Position numbers and translations under genes: made by a program. Under the pieces are notes generated by a model. It saw nothing but the letters and a program-made list of their open reading frames with translations, searched no databases and had not been told where the DNA came from. From the NCBI GenBank assembly GCA_013265495.1, contig MU057521.1:1252335-1316334 (forward strand): a stretch of DNA of 64,000 nucleotides, in the 5' to 3' direction. This DNA is from Vicugna vicugna. Lineage: Eukaryota. Of the stretch, positions 52,498 through 64,000 are shown piece by piece (the stretch's first letter is position 1; each line of letters starts with the position of its first letter).

Positions 52498-55400
52498 GTA
52501 TCCTTGCTTTATTAACGTGTATCTATATTTATATAATCACTCTTACAGTGAACCTTGGTTGTTAAAGATTGGGAAGTAGAATTTTTTCCTTCAAGTTAAC
52601 TAAGAAGTAGTTACGTAGATTAAAAATTTGAGTTGATTTGCCCCACTCCTTATTCTAGCCATCTCATAATTTTAAAAGGTAACTTTAAGTCCTCTGTGTT
52701 TATATGTTCTGTAGTTTTAAAAACATTGACTCAAATTTCATCTGTGTTAATCAGCTATATAACCAAGCAAGCAATGAGTTATAGCTGAAGCTTCTGTTAC
52801 TCAAACAGAAGCCTTATAAGTGTCCTGGTGTTCATTTTCAACAACTGTTTAACTGTCTTTATGATACTATGAATATCTCTTGGCGAGATATCACCCATTG
52901 GAAAAATACAGTGCACCTATGGTTAATCATTTGCAGTGATGGTAGAACTGGAGAACCTCAGAGGTCATCTAACCCATGTCAACCACTGCATTTTATATGT
53001 GATTAAACTGAAGCTTAAAGACATTAGTGACTTCTGTTTTTTATAGTTAAAAGCAAAACTGTGACTAGAACAACAAACTTAAGCTATCTTGTTAAATGTT
53101 CTCTTTACTATCCTAGACCTAGTAAAAAAGAAGGAAGTAAAGATAAGGATTGGTAGAGTAAACTCAAGCTTTTGAGCTCTCCCATTAAAAGCCAGAATAG
53201 CTCAAGAAAGGGGAAGTAAGAGATTGAAACAGGAGTTAAAGCCTTAACACTCAGATGGAACTGTAAAAGTACATGCTAGGCAACATACTCCAAGGATTAT
53301 GATTTTGACAGAAAAAAATAACAGTAGAAAAAGTAGAAATATAATGCTGTCTGTTAAGGAGCTATTTGTCCTTTTAGAAATGTTAAAACTTGAAATTGGA
53401 TATACAGTTGAGAACACTTCATTTTGGGAATATTCTACAAATTACCTATTCACGTGGACGATATAAGCCACTTTTTTATAATACAGATTATAAAGTGAGC
53501 AGAGGAACCGTATTTTGATAATTTTGTCTCAGCCATCCATGTATTTTCTATATGTTTAATTCCACTAAAAGCAGAACTTACTATCATTCCTGATTTATCA
53601 TGTTGGCATTTTCAACTTAGAGAAAATAGAGGAAGCAAAAAGAGGAAGTGATAATTCTGAATTAGCAAGGAAGAACTCTTCAGTAATGGAGAAGTGACAG
53701 GACCTTTACAAGAAAGTAATAATGGCGTGTCAGAATCTGGCATGTCAAAGAAAGAAAGCATTAATGTTTATTTATACCTGTTACCTAAACTTTGTGAAAC
53801 TACATGTTTAAAACCTTAAGTGAAAGTTTGTATAAAATCTTACATAGCAGGGAGTTTCTAAAGGAATATGCCTCAGGGAAAGTGGGAAAGTCAAAAGATC
53901 AAAAAATTTAGCTCTATAAACCAAATTTTCCAAGTAGACAAGACAGTGGTTTCTAAAGAGCATAAAAGTCTGTGTAGAAGGAATATTACTGTATATTTAG
54001 GTATATACAGAATATTACTAGAGGAAATATGGTAAAAAGTCTTTGTACTAATACAGTAAGGGGAAGAGGCATGCTAACAATAGGCCCTGTTCAAGTACTG
54101 AAAGTGTTAGTTCTGTGTGAGTCAGAACTTGTACTTGTATCAACAGGGTGATATGCACTAATAAATAAATTCTGCTGTTCCATTGCATCCGGAGCTGATA
54201 AAACACAAGAGTATTCTTTTCAGTACGACATCATATTTTAATAGGGACACAGAAAATCTATATGGTTCAACATTCAGCATAGTATTAAGTCAAGAAATCA
54301 TGTTTAGGAAAAATCTAAAGGACTTTATAAATGTTTAACCTGGAAAAGAAATGACTTAGGGATGAAAAGATAATTTGAGAATTACTTTAAAGATTGTTGT
54401 ATAGGAAAAAGATTAGGCATACTGTTGTGTAACTAAGGTGCAGAGCAAACAGTAACAAGCAGAGGTCACAGAGAGGCCTATTTTGTTTATAAGAAAAACT
54501 TTCTAACTGAGCTGTCTAAAAGTGCAGTGATCTCTCTTATGAATCAGTGAACGTCTTGTCCCTGTCAGCAGTCAGAGGCCTTATGACCATCATTCACAGA
54601 TGAGGTAGAGGTGATTCCTAACATCAGATAGGATTAAATGGCCTCTAAGTTTCCAGCCCCTAATAAAGATTGTGGGATTCCTTGGGGAAAAGAACCAAAG
54701 TAAGTAGAGAGAGAGGAAAGTATCTTCCCTCTCACCGCCAAATAAGGCCATTTTCAGCTTCTCAATCCATGTTCAAATTTCTGTAGATCAGACTCGTAAC
54801 TACTAATCCAACGGTCACTCACAGATGTATCTTGGTGATACTTTCCCATACTCAGAAAATAAGACTATGTAGCCGTTAATTGCAGACCTCTATATATCTT
54901 ACAGGGATTTAGTTCAACCAAATGATGTCTATATTTTTATAACTGCCTGTTTATAAGTCACTGCCTATTTATTATAGGAGCTTTATCTACAAATAGTATT
55001 TACTTATAACTGTATTTTCAAGCCGTAGTTATATATTATATAGATTTTTTACTTAATGGAGTTTATTGTAATTTTTTTTCAGAAAGACTAACGCATCTTT
55101 ATGAGGGAACTCATTTACTGCCATTTTTGCTTTAATATGGTATAATATTAAGTAAGAACTATTTTTAAATAGCTAACAACTATGACAGATGAGAATGTGT
55201 CAGAATTGATGTGAATAAACAAGGTGAATTGTTTTCTCAAGAAATATATCTGCTTTCCTGATTCCTTTCAATGTCAAGATAATCAACTAAAATTCATATG
55301 GCTAGGAGATATAAGTCGTACTTAACTTACATTATTACAGCAAAAGCTGTCTTGCCCAATTCAATCAGGACCAATAGTAGGTCAGTTTAACAGAATGGCT

Positions 55401-56096
55401 AAAGTAAGAAATCAGGAAAATGGTACATACCTAAGATAACTTATTTTAACTTAAAATACATAAATGTAATTTCTTTTACCAATCTTTTGATGTAGGACTA
55501 GGGCATTTCTTTTGTGAGTCTACTGATTAAACATCATCTTTCTTAGATAAACCACATTAATAATACAATTGTCTATGAATTTCAGCTTAAGTTTCTTTAA
55601 AGAGAATCCAGAAACATTTGTGATACTGGGTACAGCATTTTTCTAGATTTTTATATTTTTCTTAATTTTTAACAGTTGTCTCATATACACAATTAAACAG
55701 CAGTGTTTTAAGCAACTGGCCTTTATCAATTTTTCCAAAACTTTCAACTTGGGTTGTGGTGGAGACTTTAATTTTTCTACTTTTCATTCTCATTTAAACA
55801 TCCAATTAAATTACATGATTTAATTTCACCCTTATTATTTCGTATGTTTTTAATTACATATTATGTAATTAAATTATGTGCTTTTAGTACCGTAACAAAG
55901 AGATTTGTGGGAATAAACACAGCTGACTTTCGACAAGGAACTAATTCAACAAATAAGGATCGTGCTGAGGGAAGCCTCTTTGCTCTGAGTGATCGGCGTG
56001 CCTTAGCCATCATTTAAGAGAGCTGCTGCTTTTATATTCTTCTGTAGTTGTTGGACCTACCAGTTTGTTTTGTGTCCTTAACTACCTTGTCTCAAG
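52498..56096 (+). other. U12-type (minor spliceosome) GT-AG intron
   Basis: 5' end GTATCCTTG; branch sequence TCCTTAAC at 56075-56082, 14 nt before the intron end (...ctcaag); reading frame is preserved across the junction. Confidence 0.92.
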
Positions 56097-56185
56097 TCAT
56101 TTCAGAGGACTTAATGGTTAATCACTTTTTGCCTGGTCTCAGATGTTTACGAATTGACATGGAACATCTTTCTCCAGAGCATGAG
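56097..56185 (+). CDS. RELCH: RELCH coding exon, 89 nt: ISEDLMVNHFLPGLRCLRIDMEHLSPEHE
   Basis: ctcaag|TCATT...GAG|gtaagc; phase 1 to 0. Confidence 0.93.
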
Positions 56186-56899
56186 GTAAGCTACTGTGGT
56201 GAGTAAGCCACTGTGATTATCAGTGCCGTGTTCATGTGTTTTAATATCTCCTCTACAGACTCTTATTCCTTTGTGTGACATGTGACTATAATATACTGTG
56301 CTTAATTTTTAAAAATCTAATTCAGTGTCATTTTATGGATTTATTTACTAGTTACAAGATCTTAAGCAACTCCTTTAATATCTTTGAGTCTCTGTTTAGT
56401 TCTCTAAAGTAGGGATAATGTACTCTCCTTTGCTGAATATAATTAGAATTTAATAAGAAAATGTACGTGAAATACTTTTTATCTATAAAATGCTATGCAG
56501 TATTTCTCTGACCATCAACTTTCTTAGAAACAAAATTTCTATTTTGTCTCCATTTTCTCGTAACTCTTTTCATTCTATTTTCCTGTTTCCTCTGAAACCC
56601 CGTTTATCATTTATTTCCTATTCTGTATCTTCAACCTGTTTTTCTATCAACTTTTCTTTAACCTATTATCATGTTTGACTCTCCCCTCTGAAACAAAACA
56701 GAACAGAACAAAAACAAAATCTACCCTCCCTCCCTCAAATCTCTTTTCCCTCCCACCAGTCTACACTCACTCTCTGAACTTCCACACTGTCTGTTGGTAC
56801 ATTATATTTACTGCCATCACACTAATCCAACAAAACTTCTACCTCTAAGATCACTGGTTATCAAAGTGCTACCCTGAAAGGACACTTTTCAGACCTGAT

Positions 56900-58995
56900 A
56901 GGAGTGTAAAGGAGTATATACCCTTTTTGTCCATATCTTTGTCAACACTTGGTATCCTTAAACTTTTTAAATTTGGTAGCTATAAAGTGGTATCTCATTA
57001 TGGTTTTCATTTGCAGTTCTCTGATTATTGTCAAACTTGAGCCTTCTTTGTATGTTTACTGACTAGTTGTGTGCATTAATCAAAGCCTATTTAGGTTTTT
57101 TGCCTATTTTTCCCATTTGGGGTTGACTTTTTTACTCTTCTTTGAAGTTTGTTATATAACTAGAAAACCAGTATTCTGTCAGTTTTGTGTTTTATGAGTA
57201 TCTTCGTCCAATTTGTGATTTTTTTTCACATTTTCAGCTGGTTTGAACACTGATTTTTTTTTTGATTGATCATTTCCAGAACATTATCTCCTTTCTTCTT
57301 AAAATGTTTAATGTTACAGTGTCACAATCAACTTCTTAATCCATCTAGAATTGGTTTTTATGTATGATGTGAAGTAGTGCTTCAGTTACATTGTTTTCAG
57401 TACAGGTAACCAGTTGTCTCATTATTGTTTATTGAACAGTTTGTCATGTCTTTACTGATTGGCAGTGCCAACTTTGTCATAAACGGAATTTCCATGTATG
57501 TCTGTGTCTGTTACTAGGGAACATTCTTTTCCACTGGTCTCTTCCTCAATTATTGTAACATTGATACACTGTCTTCATTACAGTTACCTTGTTAAGTCCT
57601 GAAATCTAACAGGGCAAGTCTAGCACTCTATCCTTTTTTAGAGCTGTTCATGACCTGTAGCTTTTTAATGCAAATTTTAGCGTGATCTTGGTCATGCTAA
57701 AATTTATCTTGATCTTTTTAGGTTCCAGGAAAGATTTCATTCAGGTTCTGGTTGAAATTGAATTGATTCTATAAACTAATTGGAGGAGACATCAACCTCA
57801 TGATTTTGAACCTTCCTATTCAGGATATACTGTATCTTATATTTATTTAGATCTCCTTCAGTTTCTTTCAATAAAGTTTTATAATTTCATCTGAAAAAAT
57901 TGTCACCTTGCAGCTATGATGTTATAATGTTACCTTTTTTAGGATTATATGTTTTTTAACCCTTTTTTCCTGGTGTGTAGAAATACATATTAAGTATGTT
58001 CAGCTCATGTCTGGCCAACTTGAGAAACTCTATTATTAATTCTAATAATAAAATGTCTCTTTTTTGTGTGTATGTTTCAAATGTAGAGAAGTCATCTGTA
58101 AATAATATATTCTTTTCTAGTACTTTCACTTTTTTTTTCCCTTTTCCTTATAATAGGATCTATATTGCTATCCCTTTTTAACTTCTGGCATTCACTTGTT
58201 CCTTGCTTTCTTTATAAAATAGTTTTGATAGTTTATCAGTTTTATTAATCTTTTCAAATATTGAACTTTTGGCTGTGTTGATTTTTCTCTGTTAGTTTCA
58301 TTGATTTCTATTTTCATCTTTATTTCCTTCTGCTTTCTTTAGGTTTGATTTTTTTTTTTCCTGTTTTTCTAACTCCCTAAAGGAGGAAGCTTAGGTTATT
58401 TACTTACTAACTTTTCTGGTACATGAATTAAAGGCTCTAAGTATTCATTCCTTTAGCCGCACCCCATGCATTTGCTGTGTTGCAGCTTCATTACCATATA
58501 GTTCAAATTAGATTCTCATTTCTTTTCTTTATTGATCCATGGATTTTGTTCAATAAGGTGAAGGCAGTTAATTTTATGATTCAGTTCTCCTACGTTTGTA
58601 TCAACTTTTTGTGATCTGCTTGTTCTAACAGCTATTGAAAGACATGTTAAAGTTATGATTGGGAGTTTTCTATTTCTCCTTTTTTTTTTCTTTTTGCTTT
58701 GTATATTTTATAGATGCCCTTTATCAGGTTGAGGAAGTTAGCTTTTATTGCTAGTTCGTTGAATATTTTTATCATGAAGGGGTGTTGGATATTGTCATAT
58801 GATTTTTGTGTGTCAGTTGAGATGGTCACATGGTTATTGGTTTTTATTCTCTTACAATGTTTTATATTAATAGATTTTTAGATGTTAAATCAACCTTTGC
58901 ATTCTTGCAATAAACACCACTTGATTATGGTATATAATTCCTTTTATATGAAGCTGGATTCAGTTTGCTAGTATTTTGTTCAGGATTTTTGCATG
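56900..58995 (-). mobile_element. Old LINE1 (L1ME-like) ORF2 fragments
   Basis: aagtggtatctcattatggttttcatttgcagttctctgatt..., ggattcagtttgctagtattttgtt..., typical antisense L1; highly decayed. Confidence 0.7.
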
Positions 58996-59699
58996 GAAGA
59001 TGGAGTTTATCTATAGAATAGAACAAACAAGAAGCAAGCCTGATTTTCCCCACCTTCCAGTAATGTAGGGTGGGACTGAAAATAGGAGGAGCAGTTAAAA
59101 GTCTTTAAAAGGAACAGACTCCCAGATTCCCTTCCAAACCTTAGTTTTTACTTTCTAGACTTAGGAGATCAGGCATAGCTGAGAGTATGAATGAGGCACT
59201 ATAATGAAAGGAGGGAAATTAAGTCAAATGTATCATTACTGATTAGAAACCTCATTACCTTTCTCCTTCTTGGCTCCAAGAATGGTGGCAGCCAGAATTA
59301 TACCTTCAGCGGGAAAAGACTGACAGAAAGTCTGTGCCAGATTCACCTTAAAGTGATATTATTCATGCATGAAGAGATTCTAATCAACATTTTAGCACCC
59401 CAGTCTTTAGTGGGCATCCCAAGATGACCAGCCATTTGAGAAAATTCGCTTCTGACATCCACAACAGAGATGAAAACATACACACAGGAAAGAGGACACT
59501 GGAAGGAACAGACAATATAGGGAGCAGAAGAAAAAGTACAAAAACTCTCCCAGAAAACACTGATGCAAAAAAATAGCCAAACAAACAAAAATCTATAATA
59601 TGTTAGATAAGAGAATGGGAAAGCAGGAAAAAAATCAGAAGGCCTCCCCATAATCTGCAAGGCACTGGAGAACCCAGCTCCCCTCCTCCTTACATCTCA

Positions 59700-60130
59700 G
59701 GCCTCACCATCTTCCTTCCCCCTTGCTCACTCTACACCCACCACTCTGGCTTCCTTGCTTGAGCATGATAGACACAGTCCCATCTACAGCCTTTGTTCAG
59801 CTTCTTCCCAAGTGTCTACAACACTTACTTCTCATGTCCTTCAGGTTCTTGCTTAAATATTATCCTCTCCATGAAGCCTACTCTGAATACCTCCATGTAA
59901 ATTGTAATATTCTTCATTTTGGCCTCCTAGTACCCCTTACCTTATTCAGTGTTCTTTCTAAAGCCCTTATCATCTTCTGATATATGATTTACCTATTTTT
60001 TGTGTTTGTTGTCTAGAACATAAGAACATAAGCTCTCTGCAGGGAGAGAGTGTTGTCTGTTTAATTTGCTGCATCCTCTGTGTCTAAAACGTGCCTGGCA
60101 CGTAGTAGGTGACAATAAGTATTTGTTGTT
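59700..60130 (+). mobile_element. LINE2 3' end
   Basis: Ends gtgcctggcacgtagtaggtgacaataagtatttgttg. Confidence 0.7.
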
Positions 60131-60750
60131 TAGTGACCTCCATGCACAAATATGGACCAAGAATATTCAGGAGGGCCATCGGGTTTCTGGTGTGGCAACT
60201 GGAGTAGCTTAGATCCCACCACCCTTTGCATTACCTACTGTCTCCCTGCAAGAGTGGTGTTAATGTTAACTCTTAGACACCCATTGTATCCCCGATTTTA
60301 GTAACCACAGACCCATATCTGGCCTCTACTCTAGACTTTAAAGTAGAGCATCTTGCTTTTTGCAACCTGGAAAAAGCAAGGAACAAAGGGACAGAACAGC
60401 TTTTATTGGGAAAATATGTCTGACCATGGTGTCTATATATATATAAAATGTATATAAATTTTACTTTTTTAACATTAGTTGTTGGGAGAATAGAAGTCAG
60501 ACTCGGAAGGAAGGTTAGTGAAAATCAAAGTGAATTATTAAGTTACGTGATGGAGGTCTTTTAAAGCTATTTCTGCACCTAGTCTAGCAATCCAACATGA
60601 ATTCCTTTAACAAAGTCACTGCCAAAACTTTGAATTCTTATTTAACATATTAGCTTCTGGGAATATTTAAAAAATTCAGTTAAAAATGTTAAACCATAGC
60701 ATTTTTCTATGTAAACTGTATTTCACTGAAGTAATTTTTTTAAAAATCAG

Positions 60751-60821
60751 GTTATTTTAAGTTCCATGATAAAAGAATGTGAACAAAAAGTAGAGAACAA
60801 GACTGTCCAAGAGCCTCAAGG
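60751..60821 (+). CDS. RELCH: RELCH coding exon, 71 nt: VILSSMIKECEQKVENKTVQEPQ(G)
   Basis: aaatcag|GTT...CAAGG|gtaaga; phase 0 to 2; the next exon is not found in the window. Confidence 0.93.
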
Positions 60822-61077
60822 GTAAGACATTAATTCTTTTTTAAGGCTTTGTGTTATCCGTAATTTCTGTGTAAATTTTCTATAGGTGGGTATCGTGTTT
60901 TATAATGTGTTACTTTGTACTCATTTATTTGGAAGGCAAGAAAATCCTTTAAATTGACGGTTCTCAAATGCTAATCTATAAACCATCTGGGGAATTTAAA
61001 ATTCAGATCTCTACCTCGTGCTCTGTGCCCTTAACATTCTGAATCAGCCCAGGGAGTCTGTATATTTAAAAGCTTCC

Positions 61078-61635
61078 AACAAAAACACTAGTTTGAAAAG
61101 ATGCATGCACCCCCATATTCATAACAACATTATTCACAACTGCCAAGATATGAGAACAACCTAGGTGCCTATCAGCAGATGAATGGATGAAGCTGTGGTG
61201 TATATCTACAATGGAATACTACTTAACCATAAAGAAGAATTAAATTTTGCCATTTGCAACAACATGGGTGGACTTGGAGGATATTATGCTAAGTGAAATA
61301 AGTCAGAGAAAGGCAAATACTGTATGATATCATTTGTATGTGGAATCTAAAAAATAAACTAGTGAATATAACAAAAAAGAAACAGACTCATAGAGAACAA
61401 ACTAGTGGTTACCAGTGAGGAGAGGGATTGGGGAGGGGCAATAGAGGGGGAGGGGATCAAGAGGTACAAACTATTATGTATAAAATAAGCTACAGGGATC
61501 TATTATACAACACAGGGAATATAGCCAATATTTTATAATAACGATAAATGGAGTGTAACCTTTTAAAATTGTGAATCACTATATTATATGCCTGTAATTT
61601 ATATAATATTGTACATCAACTATGCTAAAATAAAA
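61078..61635 (+). mobile_element. 5'-truncated LINE1 3' end (sense), nested in a MER5-like element
   Basis: L1 ORF2 C-terminal motifs (acaatggaatactac, gccatttgcaacaacatgggtggacttggagg), 3'UTR and A-rich tail; TSD taaaagcttcc at 61067-61077 and 61636-61646. Confidence 0.88.
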
Positions 61636-62509
61636 TAAAAGCTTCCCAAGAAGTTCTGATAGGTAGCAGGCTTTGGGGACTACTGGTGAAAATAGTTCCT
61701 AGAAATTTGTGACAGGAGTTGTAAGATTTAAGTTGATTCCCTGCATAAAGGATTGTAAATTTGTCAACGTTCTAGTCATATGCTTCTAACCAAACTAATT
61801 AGAATTCAAAGATTCAGTGAAATTAAAATATGAACATAAGTGTGAAAGAATAAAGTTGGGTATTTCAGGAGAGGAAGTAATGTACAAATAGTTTATGTGT
61901 ACTCTTGACTCTTACTGAAGTAACCTTGAGCAGTTAATCTTAAATGGACTCTGTTAGGCATAAAAAGCTCAAAGGTGTTTCCTTTGTAAAGCTGACTACC
62001 AGCGATAAGTGTTTCACCGTTTCAGGCTAGGTACACATACGCATAAAGACTCCTCCACACCCCTAGCACACACACACAGACTTCTGCCTCTTACTGGGAG
62101 TCCAGAACCCTTTCCTTAGCCTCCTAGATTGGTAGGAGCTCTTGTATCATTTTAGCAATGGAGAGTTTTAACAATAAAAAACTTTGATAGGTTTCTATTC
62201 TGAACACAAAATCTATAAAATTAATGTTAAAGCAAATAATTCTCATTAGTCATACATTAAATATTAAAATTTATTTGTTGCCTTAGTAGTTTAAAATGTG
62301 AAAGGTTTTTGGATCAAAATTGAGAAAAATTTTATGAGAAATACATTCTAAATGAAATTTCATGAATGAGCATGCAAGAATTAAAAAAGAAAATATCTTT
62401 ATAACTTTCTAAGATTGCTTTAGTTATTTGACTTTACCTTTTAAAAAAAAGTTCATTTTTATAATCTTATTTTTCCCATGATATTCAAATCTTCTACATT
62501 TATTTTTAG

Positions 62510-63370
62510 AAGCTTTATTGTAGAGAATTTCAAATATACAGAAAACTAAACATAATATAATGAATTCCCCTGTACTCAGTCACTCAGCTTGAACAGTTAT
62601 CAATTCAGAGTCGATTTTATTTTGTCTATACCTACTTCCTACCCTCTCCCGTATTCTGGTATGCATCGCTAAAAGGTAAGTGCTATTTTTCTAAAACATA
62701 AACACAGTATCATTATCATACCAAAATAACTCCTTTATATTATTTATTATCTGGCGTTTGTTCAAATTTCTAATTGTTTCATAAATGTCATATTGATTTG
62801 TTGTTTCTTTTTTCCTTACAGTTTATTTCTTTGAGTCAGGATCCAACATTCCGTATATTACAAACGATTACTGCATTTCTTAAGTCTCCTTTAATTCATA
62901 GGTTCCCCTTCTTTTTTTTTTCTCCATACAGTTTACTTGTTGAAGGAAATGAGTCATTTGTCCTGTAGAGGTTCGCACAGTCTAAATCTTGCTAATTGCA
63001 TTTCCCTTGTGCTGTTTAAAATGTTCCTCTCTATTTCCTATAAATCTGATAGTTGAATCTAGATCTAGAGACTTAATCAGAATCAGGGCATGGTTTTTAT
63101 TTGATAAAACTGCTACACAGGAGGAGGTATGTTTTCATTGTGAGGCGAATAATGTCTGCATATCTCCTTTTTTGGTGATATTAACATCTGTTAATGATCA
63201 GTGCTGGATCTACTAACTCTTTAGCAGTTACAAAATATATTACTCTAATTATATTATCCCTTCTTTATTTGTGAGCTGTAAGTCTTCAGTAAAGAAAACC
63301 TTCCCCCATAGGTACTACTGTCATCAAGTGGTATAGTTTATAAAGACAAGATAATGTTCATTTCTTCCTC
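62510..63370 (-). mobile_element. Old LINE1 3'UTR (L1MC/ME-like)
   Basis: tttattgtagagaatttcaaatatacagaaaac...tataatgaattcccctgtac...; decayed. Confidence 0.6.
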
Positions 63371-63533
63371 TTTATGTACCAATTCTGAAAATAACAGATT
63401 GATTTATGCTCTGACCAGAGGCAAAAGGAAAAGAGAAAAGAGATGTCCATGCAGAAATATCTGCACTGTGCAAAGAGACGATAGTTTCAGAAAAGCATAT
63501 TTTGGGAACTGTAATTTAAAGCTAGACCACAGA

Positions 63534-63569
63534 TACCTCCTCTAAAAGTAAATAAGTAAACCTAACCCC

Positions 63570-63594
<25 letters not shown>
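63534..63594 (+). mobile_element. 5'-truncated SINE tail with (TAAA)n
   Basis: tacctcctctaaaagtaaataagtaaacctaa resembles the tail of the other SINEs; cacaga flanks both sides. Confidence 0.5.
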
Positions 63595-63600
<6 letters not shown>

Positions 63601-63694
63601 GTATATGGGAGGATGATAGAAATAAGTCTATAAAGGTAGATGTACACCATTAATAAAGAACTCTGTATGCCACATGGAAGGTTTTGACATCTCA

Positions 63695-63920
63695 TGCCAA
63701 AGTCAGCAAACTTTCTCTGGAAAGACCGTGAATATTTTAAGCTTTGCAAACCATACAGTCTTTGTCACAACTGTGCAACTGGACTCTGCTATCGTAGCAG
63801 TCAAGCAGCTATTGATGGTGTGGAAGTGAACAGGCATGGCTGCATTCCAATAAAACTTTTTTTTACAAAACAGACAACAGACTGGATTTGGCCTGTGATC
63901 CTTAGTTTACTAATCCTTAG
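63695..63920. mobile_element. MER58-like hAT MITE
   Basis: gtcagcaaactttc...gcatggctgcattccaataaaacttt...ggatttggcctg...tagtttactaatcct. Confidence 0.7.
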
Positions 63921-64000
63921 TAACTTTGCTTCTCAGGCTTTAGGGTCCATCAGAATCACCTGGAAACTGCTGAGTGCCATCTCCAGAGTTTTTGATTCAG

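Larger units (their letters stand above)
2416..60821 (+). other. RELCH: RELCH/KIAA1468 gene body (partial: internal exons covering the HEAT-repeat region)
   Basis: Exons with AG/GT boundaries and compatible phases splice into one continuous ORF that I recognise as RELCH (e.g. KEIRSSLVLSMLQQMLMEDKADLVREAV, ANPAYHELLLTVLWYGVVHTSALVRCTAARMFE). Confidence 0.96.

Noticed and set aside
55849..55873. AT-rich palindrome tttaattacata-t-tatgtaattaaa
   Set aside because: Low complexity; plausible by chance in such AT-rich DNA.
48311..56160. Apparent substitutions versus human RELCH (QYSLH, LRID)
   Set aside because: The comparison relies on my memory of the human protein and cannot be verified without an alignment.
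59000..59660. Several overlapping ORFs in a GC-richer patch
   Set aside because: Looks like an old LINE 5' region; no exon signals or recognisable protein.
1..64000. CRISPR arrays, operons, RNA genes, NUMTs or retrocopies
   Set aside because: No repeat-spacer periodicity, long intronless ORF, or recognisable rRNA, snRNA or mitochondrial sequence was seen; small snoRNAs or miRNAs cannot be excluded without an Rfam search.

Overview
AT-rich mammalian genomic DNA, probably camelid judging by its tRNA-derived SINEs. The whole window lies inside one + strand gene, RELCH (KIAA1468; RAB11-binding LisH/coiled-coil/HEAT-repeat protein). I located 19 constitutive-looking coding exons plus a duplicated 83-nt exon pair. 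Their phases join into one open frame from ...KLSPAFHQ to ...KTVQEPQG; the start and last coding exon lie outside the window. The notable content is splicing architecture: (1) two paralogous, frame-enforced mutually exclusive exons (45847-45929 and 46434-46516), the first with a 124-nt AG-free zone and a candidate distant branch point; (2) a U12-type minor-spliceosome intron (52498-56096); (3) a 24-nt in-frame microexon (3752-3775) with SRRM4/RBFOX/QKI-type motifs; (4) a weaker candidate 48-nt cassette exon. Introns hold L1, L2, MIR, MaLR LTRs, hAT/Tigger DNA transposon relics, SINEs and a strong CTCF motif. Most ORFs in the track are spurious or L1 remnants. I found no prokaryote-type system (CRISPR, operon). 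Repeat subfamily names and boundaries are by eye and approximate.
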